Virus record (IMG/VR): IMGVR_UViG_3300030376_006145
Span: 1-46,673 of that record
DNA: 46,673 bases
Strand: one strand, 5' to 3'
Source: a virus
Taxonomy: Duplodnaviria > Caudoviricetes
The translations under genes and the position numbers were made by a program. The notes under the pieces were generated by a model that searched no databases, was not told the origin of the DNA, and saw nothing but the letters and a program-made list of their open reading frames with translations. Shown piece after piece: positions 37,763-46,164 of this stretch (its first letter is position 1; each line of letters begins with the position of its first letter).

Positions 37763-40117
37763 TTAGGTACGTTGCTTAGCTGCGTCCGCTTGGCGGTCGA
37801 GTTCTTTCTGACGTGCCTCATGCTCCCTATCAAGATCCTTCTCCATCTTATCGTATTCTACCTTTAATCTTTTGACTTCATCACCTTCAACTTGAAACGC
37901 TTGTTTCATTCTTTGGACTGCAAGATCTTTATCATTGCTTGCCTGAGCAAGATTAGTTTCATGCTCCTGATCCATTCGTTTCATTTCGACATTAGCTTCT
38001 ATCTGCTGTTGTTGCATTTGCTGCTGAGACTGCATCTGTTGTTGCTGCTGTTCTTGCTGACGCTTAATTGCATCATCTTCTGCAGTTTCAATTTTACGTC
38101 TCATACTTGAGATAGACCTATCAGTCATGATATCCATCAATTGACTAAAGTTCAATTTATCACTCTGTAATCCCGACTGAGCAAGCTGTATGAACCTTTC
38201 TCTCATTTGAGTGTCCATAAGGTTGTTTGACATGACAATACCAAAATCCATTTCACGGAAGTGGTCACCATCAAGCTCAAATATCTCAGACGACATATCA
38301 TCTAATATATGCTGTACAATTTTCTTTTTACCCTTATACGCAAACTTAGCTGCTTCAAGTAAAGCAGTAAGCGCTCTCTTCTTTATATCTTCATGCATGC
38401 TGAAGTATACCTCAGTAATATGAGATGACTGTGTAACAGACCTATCTACATTACCTACTAACTCTCTATTGTGTATGCTGCCCTCCCTTTGCTTAGATAC
38501 TCCGGAAATCTCTCCCATCTCAACTTTCAAGAAGTTAAGCATAGAAAGATTTTGTTGTATATAGCCTGAGAGGTTAAAATCCATAGGAGTACTTCTACCT
38601 GGCAGATTACCTGCTAGTTTTCCTGTAGCAGCACCCTTATCCCCTTCTTTAAATGAGTCTTCAACCATCCAACCCATACGCTCAGCGTAATAAAGCACAT
38701 CTTCAAACTCCCATCCGTCAGGTGTTCGTGCCAGGTCAATAGTTCCAATAACTCCTTTATACTTTGCAAAAGCATCCTGTGTCTTCCACATGAATGCGTT
38801 ATACAGATACTGATAAGGCTTCATTCTTCCCATAAGAGAAGTAATGTCATCATCATTCATAGAATACGCTGATCCTATATAAGGACATTGCGATATAGAA
38901 GGATTTGACATTGAGTACGCCTTGATCGGAAATGCCTGCATCTTAACATAGATGTCCTGTCCGATACGTGTACCTTCCCACCAGTCAGTTACCCAATACC
39001 ACTTAACTTCTTCTCCTTTAGCAGGATCTATTTCGTAGTACTCTGAAACTAGCTTATACTGTACATCACCAGTAACCTCATCATAATACTTTAGACGACC
39101 TACCTTTTGGTAAGATCTCCAAGCTACTTTTGTAACTAAGATGGATCCGGTGCTTGTGTACTCTGGAAGATGGTATGAGTTATCGCTAAACTCATCAGAA
39201 GCTATCAGATTACCTTCTGTGTTCTCAATAAGATTAATAGACGGAAGATCCGGCTCTTTTTCTCCTAGATTAATAAACTGCTTAGTATCATCTGCAGAAT
39301 ACCCTGCCTTACCTTTTTCCAGTAGTGCTACCTGTGAAGGCTTCAGATGATCATGAAACATATCAATGATCTTACCTGGAGAGTAGTAGCTGTACTCTAC
39401 AATAATATCGCAATCCTCAATACTATTACTTTCCGAAGTACGGATAGTTTTAATATTAAGCGGGTTACACTTTCTCATAGAAGGCTCCCCTCCTACAATA
39501 TCTATAGCATAGATTTCTAAACCTGTAAGAAGTGCATCCAAGAATCCATCATTGAATTTCTTGTCTACCTTTTCTTCATGTTTAATGTGTTCAAGTAATT
39601 GAGTAGCTCTACGTTCTCGTAGATCTTGGTACTCATACTTTCTCCACTTTTCGAGATCTTTTAACTTTTTCTGTATATCTTCTTCTGTAATCTCAGGATT
39701 TTGAATAATCTCTTCTACAAAAGTTTTTACATATCTGTCTTTAATCTCTTTTTCTTTTTCAGAGACCGCATCTTCATTAACAATTTTGACTTTAAAGTCA
39801 GAGACCCTCTTTGCCTCTTCGCCTACGAGTAGATTTATCTTAGGTGAAGCAATAGGATAGTTACGAGGTTTAATAGGAAAAGAATCCGACCCCAATGAGA
39901 ATGGGTCACAGAACTCCATCATCTCTTTGTCGTTCAACCTATTGTTGTAGAGATCGATGTTAGACCTCATTTCGCTGTAGTTCGTCTTGAACTCAGTCGC
40001 AGAGAATGCGTGATCTATCGCTGCTTTCACACATTTTTTTCTCCAGCTTTCCCCCTTCTGGTTGAGGGATCTCTTCTGAGACGGGAACCCGCTCAGTCCA
40101 TAATCAGATACGGCCAT
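37763..40117 (-). CDS. Portal protein
   Basis: 784 aa; FPSQK, NYPIASPKINLLVGEE, WWEGTRIG, MKPYQYLYN, SGVSKQREG; Q-rich C-terminal helix; follows TerL. Confidence 0.9.
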   Translation of the reverse strand: MAVSDYGLSGFPSQKRSLNQKGESWRKKCVKAAIDHAFSATEFKTNYSEMRSNIDLYNNRLNDKEMMEFCDPFSLGSDSFPIKPRNYPIASPKINLLVGEEAKRVSDFKVKIVNEDAVSEKEKEIKDRYVKTFVEEIIQNPEITEEDIQKKLKDLEKWRKYEYQDLRERRATQLLEHIKHEEKVDKKFNDGFLDALLTGLEIYAIDIVGGEPSMRKCNPLNIKTIRTSESNSIEDCDIIVEYSYYSPGKIIDMFHDHLKPSQVALLEKGKAGYSADDTKQFINLGEKEPDLPSINLIENTEGNLIASDEFSDNSYHLPEYTSTGSILVTKVAWRSYQKVGRLKYYDEVTGDVQYKLVSEYYEIDPAKGEEVKWYWVTDWWEGTRIGQDIYVKMQAFPIKAYSMSNPSISQCPYIGSAYSMNDDDITSLMGRMKPYQYLYNAFMWKTQDAFAKYKGVIGTIDLARTPDGWEFEDVLYYAERMGWMVEDSFKEGDKGAATGKLAGNLPGRSTPMDFNLSGYIQQNLSMLNFLKVEMGEISGVSKQREGSIHNRELVGNVDRSVTQSSHITEVYFSMHEDIKKRALTALLEAAKFAYKGKKKIVQHILDDMSSEIFELDGDHFREMDFGIVMSNNLMDTQMRERFIQLAQSGLQSDKLNFSQLMDIMTDRSISSMRRKIETAEDDAIKRQQEQQQQQMQSQQQMQQQQIEANVEMKRMDQEHETNLAQASNDKDLAVQRMKQAFQVEGDEVKRLKVEYDKMEKDLDREHEARQKELDRQADAAKQRT

Positions 40118-40121
40118 GGTG

Positions 40122-40129
40122 CAAAATTA
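40122..40129 (-). promoter_or_regulatory. Bacteroidota-type -7 element (TAATTTTG) overlapping the terL stop codon
   Basis: TAATTTTGCACCATG at the terL/portal junction. Confidence 0.5.
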
Positions 40130-42331
40130 ATTACTTTTTGGTCTTCTATGTACAGGAGTATACCCAGAAAATAATTGTTTAGGTTCTCGCCTATGGCGGT
40201 TTGCCCTGTTAGAAGGCCTGTTATCAAAAAAGGATGGATAGTTTCTAGGCTCATCAACAACCTCTAGCTTAAATAAATCTTCTTTTAAAATAAGTACCAT
40301 ACCGAACGCAGATATACGGTCATAGTTGCCGTAGTTTGGATTATACATCTCAAGCTCTTTAAGCATTGCGGTGTTCCAAATAGTATGAAGATTAAGCCTG
40401 TCGTGGTCTTGTCCTTCCTCCTCAGAGTATGCAGTATCCAGTAGCCAAGATTTAATAAGAGACCTTGCCCAGGCGTTTACATTTTTAGTGGCATTTGTTC
40501 CTTTAGCAGTATTACCAAACGTAGACGTTTTCATAATCTGCATATCCTTCAATATCTTAGGAGTATCTGCAAGTAGGTATAATGCATTACGCTTTTCAAA
40601 ATAAGAAAACATCCCCTTCTTATTATTCTCATAATTGCACTTAGCATTATAATACCTTATAAGCCTATAACATATCTCATAAAACTTCTCTGCTGTAGCC
40701 GGCCTACCTGTATACTCTGCTACTATCCTTCCTGTAATTCTATGCATAACTATACAAGAACCAAGTGACGCAGTAGTAGATACATCATCATCATACGGGT
40801 CAACCCCTGCTATGTACATATTAGACGGTACCTCGTCTTCGGGAGGATGCTCAAATATCTCTACACAACCATGTAATCCAAAGTTATCTCTTACAGGAAA
40901 CTCTTTAATAGGATAATGATCAGAGGGTTTTAATTCTATTTGACCATTACGATTTACTAAGTCAACATTAAATATCTTATCAGTCCATCTTGCAGGATGA
41001 GCCTCTACCTCAGACCTTTGTACTTTAAGATCTTCTACAGGGAATAGACTACCTTCCCTACGCATCATAGCTTCTAGAGGAGTAATAGATCTATCGGCCT
41101 TTTCCTGGATCATTGCGTTAGGATCCGTAGTAGCCTTCTTTACCTTTTCCCTTTCCTCTATGATTTCAATAAGAGCATTAAATACATCTGAGTTACCATC
41201 TTTATCATAGTGGCCTTCTCTGTTAAAGTACTCTCCGCAATACCATCCCGACTTACTGTCTTCAGGGGCATTCTGGTCAAACACATTCTGTATACTGTAT
41301 ATCCTATAACCTTCTGGTTGTGAGAATAAAGTCCTGATACCTTCAAAGTCAGCCCCCTCGGTACCACCAGTACCAAATGCCACCATAGTACCGAACGTAA
41401 CATTACCCTGCTCTACCGAAGGTCTTGCAATAGACCATGCCTTTAACAGGTGAGGGAACTTACCAGCCTCCTCAAACAATATAACCTTACCCCTTTTACC
41501 CCTTGCTCTTTCTGGCTGGTTCTTAAGAGTAACACCTATTATCTCAGACTTATAACCCTTAACAACCTTTGACTTAGGATCCTTGTAAGATGCACGTCTA
41601 TGCATTGCCGTATCCTTCTCATCTCTTGCCTTCTTCCAAGGAGTATGCTCATCAACAAAGTCCATAACGTCCCACGCCTTGTCAAGGATAGCGTCACCTT
41701 TAAGATACTCACCTTCTGACGCAAGTGCATAACTCTTAGACTGAGGTATGTGATAGTAGTTCCTATCCATTAGACCTCCTCCTTTATAAGAAAATCCCCT
41801 ACCCCTTGTCTTAAGAACCACTGCATGCAGACCTCTCTGCTCAGCTTGTTCTAAGTAATGAAAGTATAAGTAATCGCTATCCCATACATCCGGGAATGTA
41901 AATATTCTTTCCGCCCTTTTAAGATCTGAGTCACTATGATCTTCTATAGTAACAGTCTTCATAATAGGACAATAGTTTAGATACCAATAGTAATATCCTG
42001 ATATCCACTCACCGTCCTTTTTACGAACGTACCCTTCCTTGCACCTACGCATCTCCTCTAACCAATATCTCATATAGTCAGATCTTGGATGAGGGTTAGG
42101 CATCAGGCGAGTATAACAGCCATGCTCTTGAAAGTGAAGAGCCGCAGCTCTGAAGTAATCCATGTCCTTCAGAATATGCGGCCTTGTAACATCTACCTTA
42201 ATCCTCCCCTTATCGTCCCTAGGAATCATATCCGCATGGGGTCTGTCCAGGGAAGCCATGTAGGACAGAATAGGTATTTCGTCTATTAGGTCATATACCT
42301 GTCTATGTATTTTTTCCTTCTTCTTTGACAT
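40127..42331 (-). CDS. terL: Terminase large subunit
   Basis: Walker A-like LKTRGRGFS, Walker B ILFEEAG, motif III FGTGG, nuclease motifs AGVDPYD, YENN and DRISA. Confidence 0.93.
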   Translation of the reverse strand: MSKKKEKIHRQVYDLIDEIPILSYMASLDRPHADMIPRDDKGRIKVDVTRPHILKDMDYFRAAALHFQEHGCYTRLMPNPHPRSDYMRYWLEEMRRCKEGYVRKKDGEWISGYYYWYLNYCPIMKTVTIEDHSDSDLKRAERIFTFPDVWDSDYLYFHYLEQAEQRGLHAVVLKTRGRGFSYKGGGLMDRNYYHIPQSKSYALASEGEYLKGDAILDKAWDVMDFVDEHTPWKKARDEKDTAMHRRASYKDPKSKVVKGYKSEIIGVTLKNQPERARGKRGKVILFEEAGKFPHLLKAWSIARPSVEQGNVTFGTMVAFGTGGTEGADFEGIRTLFSQPEGYRIYSIQNVFDQNAPEDSKSGWYCGEYFNREGHYDKDGNSDVFNALIEIIEEREKVKKATTDPNAMIQEKADRSITPLEAMMRREGSLFPVEDLKVQRSEVEAHPARWTDKIFNVDLVNRNGQIELKPSDHYPIKEFPVRDNFGLHGCVEIFEHPPEDEVPSNMYIAGVDPYDDDVSTTASLGSCIVMHRITGRIVAEYTGRPATAEKFYEICYRLIRYYNAKCNYENNKKGMFSYFEKRNALYLLADTPKILKDMQIMKTSTFGNTAKGTNATKNVNAWARSLIKSWLLDTAYSEEEGQDHDRLNLHTIWNTAMLKELEMYNPNYGNYDRISAFGMVLILKEDLFKLEVVDEPRNYPSFFDNRPSNRANRHRREPKQLFSGYTPVHRRPKSN

Positions 42332-42557
42332 TAAATATTATCTGCAGTCCGTTAGGTCCGACTATTTCTGAAGCTCTGGTATTAGACGGATTAATAGTAA
42401 AGCTGTATGTATTATTATCCATATCATGCATAAGAGTTTTGTATTCTTTCTCAGTAACAGAAATCTTTAACTCATCGTGTTGCATAAAACGTAAAGTACG
42501 AAATGTAAGATCGTCTATTCCTACATATTCAAATGCCTCTTCATCATTGAGTCTCAT
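42303..42557 (-). CDS. 84-aa protein, paralogue of 42544-42795, resembling an internal MCP segment
   Basis: FEYVGIDDLTFRTL...VTEKEYKTL...VGPNGLQIIF. Confidence 0.65.
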   Translation of the reverse strand: MRLNDEEAFEYVGIDDLTFRTLRFMQHDELKISVTEKEYKTLMHDMDNNTYSFTINPSNTRASEIVGPNGLQIIFNVKEEGKNT

Positions 42558-42795
42558 TGTCCTCTATTTTTATAAGTAATCCATTAGGCCCTACAAGATG
42601 ATACTCTGTCTGCTCTTTTGGAGCCTTTACAAACAGATGAGGATAAAACCTCAGCTCATCATTTAAAGTCTTCTTTTCCTTTTTAGTCACTTCTAGAGTA
42701 ACCTTTTCCTTATTATTTACAAAGATCTCATCTAAGATCCTATCTGTAAAATTATGTAGCCCCGTATACGTAAAACTTGTGCTATCCAAGATCAT
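42544..42795 (-). CDS. 83-aa protein resembling an internal MCP segment (aa ~293-392)
   Basis: Likely start MILDST at 42795, overlapping the terS end; STSFTYTGLHNFTDRIL...VTKKEKKTL...VGPNGLLIKI. Confidence 0.65.
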   Translation of the reverse strand: MILDSTSFTYTGLHNFTDRILDEIFVNNKEKVTLEVTKKEKKTLNDELRFYPHLFVKAPKEQTEYHLVGPNGLLIKIEDNETQ

Positions 42796-43321
42796 CTTCA
42801 AACATTCCTTTTTCTCGACCTCCACGTAAGCTACCACTCTCCTCTACTTCCTTCTTAACCTCGTCTTCTAGCTTCTTAAGAGCTGCAACAAGTTTAGGAA
42901 GTGATTCAATAGTTCCTCTTACCTTAGAAATATCATTGACGTACTTGTCATTGGTATCTCTTTCGTTATAGTCGATTGTATTTATAAACTTAGACAGGTC
43001 ATCCAAATTATTCCAAGCGCTCTTAAGCAGTTTCATAGACCTAGTCTGCATAAGTTCTGAGTAAATATCTCTGGCTGCCTTTACTTTTGCATCAGGATTC
43101 CATCCTTCAGAAAATATAGCATCTATTATTTTATCTTCTTTCTCCTCTTCTGAATAATTACGAAAAGGTGAACGTAGATCTTCCATGAAGAAGATGTAGC
43201 TAAGCTCCTTAAAGGCCATGTCCTTATTACGGTTCTTGCTCCAAACAGCTTTAAACTCCTTAATCGCCAGGGTCTGTGGCAACCAGGTGACTACACCGTT
43301 CTCCATGTAAAAAAGATCCAT
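42782..43321 (-). CDS. Putative terminase small subunit
   Basis: 179 aa, helical, upstream of terL; KELSYIFF..D.RSPF and C-terminal RGGREKGMFED; role inferred from position. Confidence 0.55.
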   Translation of the reverse strand: MDLFYMENGVVTWLPQTLAIKEFKAVWSKNRNKDMAFKELSYIFFMEDLRSPFRNYSEEEKEDKIIDAIFSEGWNPDAKVKAARDIYSELMQTRSMKLLKSAWNNLDDLSKFINTIDYNERDTNDKYVNDISKVRGTIESLPKLVAALKKLEDEVKKEVEESGSLRGGREKGMFEDDLG

Positions 43322-43776
43322 TATCCTGGAAGTTGTCCGTTCTTTTTAGGATCAACCGTCTTCCAATTATTCTTCATGCCCTTAGCCTTCTCAACCATCT
43401 TAGGGTCTAGGTAACGAGTAAGGTCACGCTCAATCTTTTTATTAAGATCGCTAGATATAATAGCTTGAAGCATGTCTTCTGTAGGCTCGCTTGCGTACTT
43501 ACCCATAAGATCATACTCCTTAACTAAAAAGTAAACCTGATCGTCTAGCCCCATAATAGGTGAAGGTTGTACACCTGCAGTAAGCAGGGCAACATCTCCG
43601 GCCTCAAACGCCTTAACAGACTCAGCTACTTCTACAATCTTTACAAAAGGATTATAGATAGGTCCGCTATCTGTTGCTCCTCCTGCAGACATAATAATAC
43701 CTGCCTTTGTTTCTGTGATGAGCTCAAGCTCAATCAATATAAACCCACTCTTGGGTGTAAATCCTGAATTATTCAT
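43321..43776 (-). CDS. GroES/Cpn10-like co-chaperonin with C-terminal extension
   Basis: FTPKSGFILIE, mobile loop ETKAGIIM, IVEVAESV, FEAGDVAL, YFLVKEYDLMG. Confidence 0.75.
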   Translation of the reverse strand: MNNSGFTPKSGFILIELELITETKAGIIMSAGGATDSGPIYNPFVKIVEVAESVKAFEAGDVALLTAGVQPSPIMGLDDQVYFLVKEYDLMGKYASEPTEDMLQAIISSDLNKKIERDLTRYLDPKMVEKAKGMKNNWKTVDPKKNGQLPG

Positions 43777-43937
43777 TTTATTCTTCTCCCTTTTAAATAT
43801 TTTTTAACTTCTTGCTTCATAAAAGCTCTTCTAAAGACAAACTCTTCTCGTGTCTCTTCTTCTAATCTAGTATTAGAGATACTCATTCTTATTTTAAGAA
43901 TTTCTCCTTCGTCATTAGTATGCTCAACGTATTCCAT
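43773..43937 (-). CDS. Unannotated 54-aa protein
   Basis: MEYVEHTNDEGEILKIRMSISNTRLEEETREEFVFRRAFMKQEVKKYLKGRRIK; TAATG overlap upstream and ATGA overlap downstream. Confidence 0.75.
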   Translation of the reverse strand: MEYVEHTNDEGEILKIRMSISNTRLEEETREEFVFRRAFMKQEVKKYLKGRRIK

Positions 43938-44119
43938 TAATTTACTTTAGACTTTTTGCCTTTTGATAAGGTATATCCTTTATCTCTAAGCCCTGTCCTT
44001 ACTTTACTTCTTTCATTGTTGAGCAAATATACAACTATCCTCTCAACCCCTTCAATAACATCAGAAGGCATACCATCGTTGCCCCATACTGTTAAAGTTA
44101 TTGCTTCTTCATTCGTCAT
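43937..44119 (-). CDS. Hypothetical protein, 60 aa
   Basis: Overlap-coupled with both neighbours. Confidence 0.6.
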   Translation of the reverse strand: MTNEEAITLTVWGNDGMPSDVIEGVERIVVYLLNNERSKVRTGLRDKGYTLSKGKKSKVN

Positions 44120-44333
44120 CCCATTTATCCTTAGGGCATTTACTATCCATACTTCTAGTCTTAGCTATTAACGGACAACCACAGGCAGCACATTTAAGAA
44201 CTCCTGCAGTTTTTGTAGCTTCTGAACAATCTGCACAGATAGCAGCTCTTTTCTTAGCTACCTTCTCTACAAATGGGTCATTCATAATGACATATTTCCA
44301 GCCGTCAATTATCTCGTTTAGCTTTTCTTTCAT
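44109..44333 (-). CDS. Small Zn-finger protein (DUF6171-like)
   Basis: RAAICADC...CAACGCPLIAKTRS..SKCPKDKW. Confidence 0.75.
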   Translation of the reverse strand: MKEKLNEIIDGWKYVIMNDPFVEKVAKKRAAICADCSEATKTAGVLKCAACGCPLIAKTRSMDSKCPKDKWDDE

Positions 44334-44541
44334 TTACTTTCTTAAGACTACGATCATTAGGTTTTAATCTGCCAAGGTCTTTAATATATATCTCTCCTAG
44401 TGTATCTGGGGTTGATTGTTCTCCGGAAGTCACAACACTGTTGACATACTTCCATTGCATTTTCCATATATGACAAACAACTCTATACGGAAGACCTGTT
44501 CTCAAAGATACGTCCTTCAATATCATCTCCTGCTCCGTCAT
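44305..44541 (-). CDS. HU/IHF-like DNA-binding protein with short arm
   Basis: ILKDVSLRTGLPYRVV helix-turn-helix body, then EIYIKDLGRL. Confidence 0.6.
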   Translation of the reverse strand: MTEQEMILKDVSLRTGLPYRVVCHIWKMQWKYVNSVVTSGEQSTPDTLGEIYIKDLGRLKPNDRSLKKVNERKAKRDN

Positions 44542-44707
44542 CTAAGACCACCTTTAAATTTATAACTAGATTTTCTGTATCAAGATCTACTTCTATAGAA
44601 GAATAAGGCCTTTCTTCTATATATACCTTTAAAGACTCGGTAATATTATCATTCAGCTCTTCCAGCTCCTTCAAGCTGTTCCTCTCGAACCTGTAATTCA
44701 GTTCCAT
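44483..44707 (-). CDS. Hypothetical acidic protein, 74 aa
   Basis: Fills the gap, overlaps both neighbours, plausible composition. Confidence 0.55.
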   Translation of the reverse strand: MELNYRFERNSLKELEELNDNITESLKVYIEERPYSSIEVDLDTENLVINLKVVLDDGAGDDIEGRIFENRSSV

Positions 44708-45083
44708 TTTCTTCTATCCTAAACTCAAACGTTACTTTATTAACGTCAGAGGGGTAAATAACAAAAGCCTTTGACAGCCTACCTCCTTTTACAACCCCAG
44801 CTTTACGTAGTAAAGAAACAGAGTTATTAAAACTAGCCTCAGTCAAGCCAAGGGTCTCTCTCATCTCTTTACGAGTGGACGAAGCGAACACTAATTCCCA
44901 CTTTTTAGGATCTTCTTTCACCTTAAAGGAGTCTGAAAGTTCGGCATTCCTCCGCATTATTTCCGCTAGCACATTACAGTCCTTGTTTGAGAGCTGATTC
45001 AGGGGAGGCATAGCTTTCAATAACTCCAGATACAGTCGAAAAAAGCGTTCGCTGTCTGTCCCTATTGTAATAGTTCTTCCCAT
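44649..45083 (-). CDS. Winged-helix DNA-binding protein, first gene of the leftward operon
   Basis: LSNKDCNVLAEI...RKEMRETLGLTEASFNNSVSLLRKAGVV. Confidence 0.65.
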   Translation of the reverse strand: MGRTITIGTDSERFFRLYLELLKAMPPLNQLSNKDCNVLAEIMRRNAELSDSFKVKEDPKKWELVFASSTRKEMRETLGLTEASFNNSVSLLRKAGVVKGGRLSKAFVIYPSDVNKVTFEFRIEENGTELQVREEQLEGAGRAE

Positions 45084-45090
45084 CCTAATG

Positions 45091-45122
45091 CAAAAATAAT
45101 CATTACTTACTAGATCTCCAAA
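45091..45122 (-). promoter_or_regulatory. Complete Bacteroidota sigma-A-type promoter
   Basis: TTTG (45122-45119), 20-nt spacer, TATTTTTG (45098-45091), 7 nt before the ATG at 45083. Confidence 0.75.
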
Positions 45123-45300
45123 CCCCCTCTCCCTAGTTTATTTTGGAATCACCGCGAAAAACACCTAATCTATGTAGGTCAAAAACCGCACCTTAGACCC
45201 TAACTGCCGTTTTTGAGTTAATGGTTAGCAGGTCCAACAGGTGTTGCCTGAAGTGTAAGACTTTGAGTTTGGAACTGGATTGTCTCTGACCGGTTGGATA

Positions 45301-45308
45301 CAAAGGTA
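45301..45308 (-). promoter_or_regulatory. Second leftward -7 element (TACCTTTG)
   Basis: TAnnTTTG match; imperfect -33 (TTTC) about 19 nt upstream. Confidence 0.5.
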
Positions 45309-45446
45309 GATAAAATTTTTTTTACTGGAAAATTTTTTTGTGTGGACGAAAGAGGGGACCTACTACTTGTAACCCACCTAGGTTCTGACGGTGGGGAACC
45401 CCCCTCTGTCACTATTTTATGTCTAACGCCAAAAATCAAAAAAATC

Positions 45447-45905
45447 ATGGCAAAAACTATTTTCACATTCGTAAAAACCAACATCAGCACAGGTGCTAAT
45501 GCTGGAACCCCGATATACCTTTGCGTTGCAGGTATACCAGGAAAAGTAACTGCTGAGCTCAACGGAGAGGAAGTCACCGCAGAGCCTGGAGTTAGTTTCA
45601 TCTTGGATGACAAACTCCAAAATGAAGCAGGTAGAGACCTACTTCAGTCTTTCGGTACGGGAGAAACCCGCGAGAGATTGATTGACGATGTCACAATCTT
45701 TGCTCGAGGTAAACGAAATACCTTTAACGTAGATATCGACTATGATGCCGATATCGACTCTGGTAAAGAGGTTGCTAAAGAAGATTCTCGAAGTCCAGAT
45801 GGATTTAGAATCTACACCAACCTTACCTTTGAAGCCGAAGACAAGGTCTTTGACGGCTTACAAGACGCACTGCTCACCTTCAAGAAGGAGATGTCCAACG
45901 CTTAA
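45447..45905 (+). CDS. First rightward gene, 152-aa hypothetical protein
   Basis: ATG at 45447 (MAKTIFTFVK) after the A-rich leader AAAAATCAAAAAAATC; followed by a terminator. Confidence 0.75.
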   Translation: MAKTIFTFVKTNISTGANAGTPIYLCVAGIPGKVTAELNGEEVTAEPGVSFILDDKLQNEAGRDLLQSFGTGETRERLIDDVTIFARGKRNTFNVDIDYDADIDSGKEVAKEDSRSPDGFRIYTNLTFEAEDKVFDGLQDALLTFKKEMSNA

Positions 45906-45924
45906 CAGCGTTGACGTGCGCCTC

Positions 45925-45958
45925 AAGGTTCGACCCCTCACGGGGTCTTACCTTTTTT
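45925..45958 (+). terminator. Intrinsic terminator
   Basis: AAGGT-TC-GACCCC-TCAC-GGGGTC-TT-ACCTT-TTTT. Confidence 0.8.
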
Positions 45959-46164
45959 AATTGTCTTTAAAGTAAAGGGGGAGCACTCGCGATCGTTTCC
46001 CCTTGCTTTTCTTACACGTCGAGACCGAAAAGAGTTGTAACGGTATAGATGTGCGAGGTGTAGTATACCAAACTCTAAGGATTACACCCTTTATTACCCC
46101 CAAGATGATCAGCTATACATCTTTTTAAATATAGCATTTTGTTTACCGGCTAATAACTTAAACC

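Noticed and set aside
35019-42331. Introns or inteins in terL, portal or MCP
   Set aside because: The ORFs are continuous, of ordinary length, and show no intein or homing-endonuclease motifs.
965-44367. Numerous + strand ORFs and short nested minus-strand ORFs in the track
   Set aside because: They are antisense or off-frame shadows of long, coupled minus-strand genes, with S/L/F-biased composition and no motifs.
45218-45620. Minus-strand ORFs 45218-45613 and 45423-45620, and the N-terminal extension 45294-45446 of the + gene
   Set aside because: They overlap the better + strand gene or run through homopolymer and palindromic DNA; the ATG at 45447 has the typical A-rich leader.
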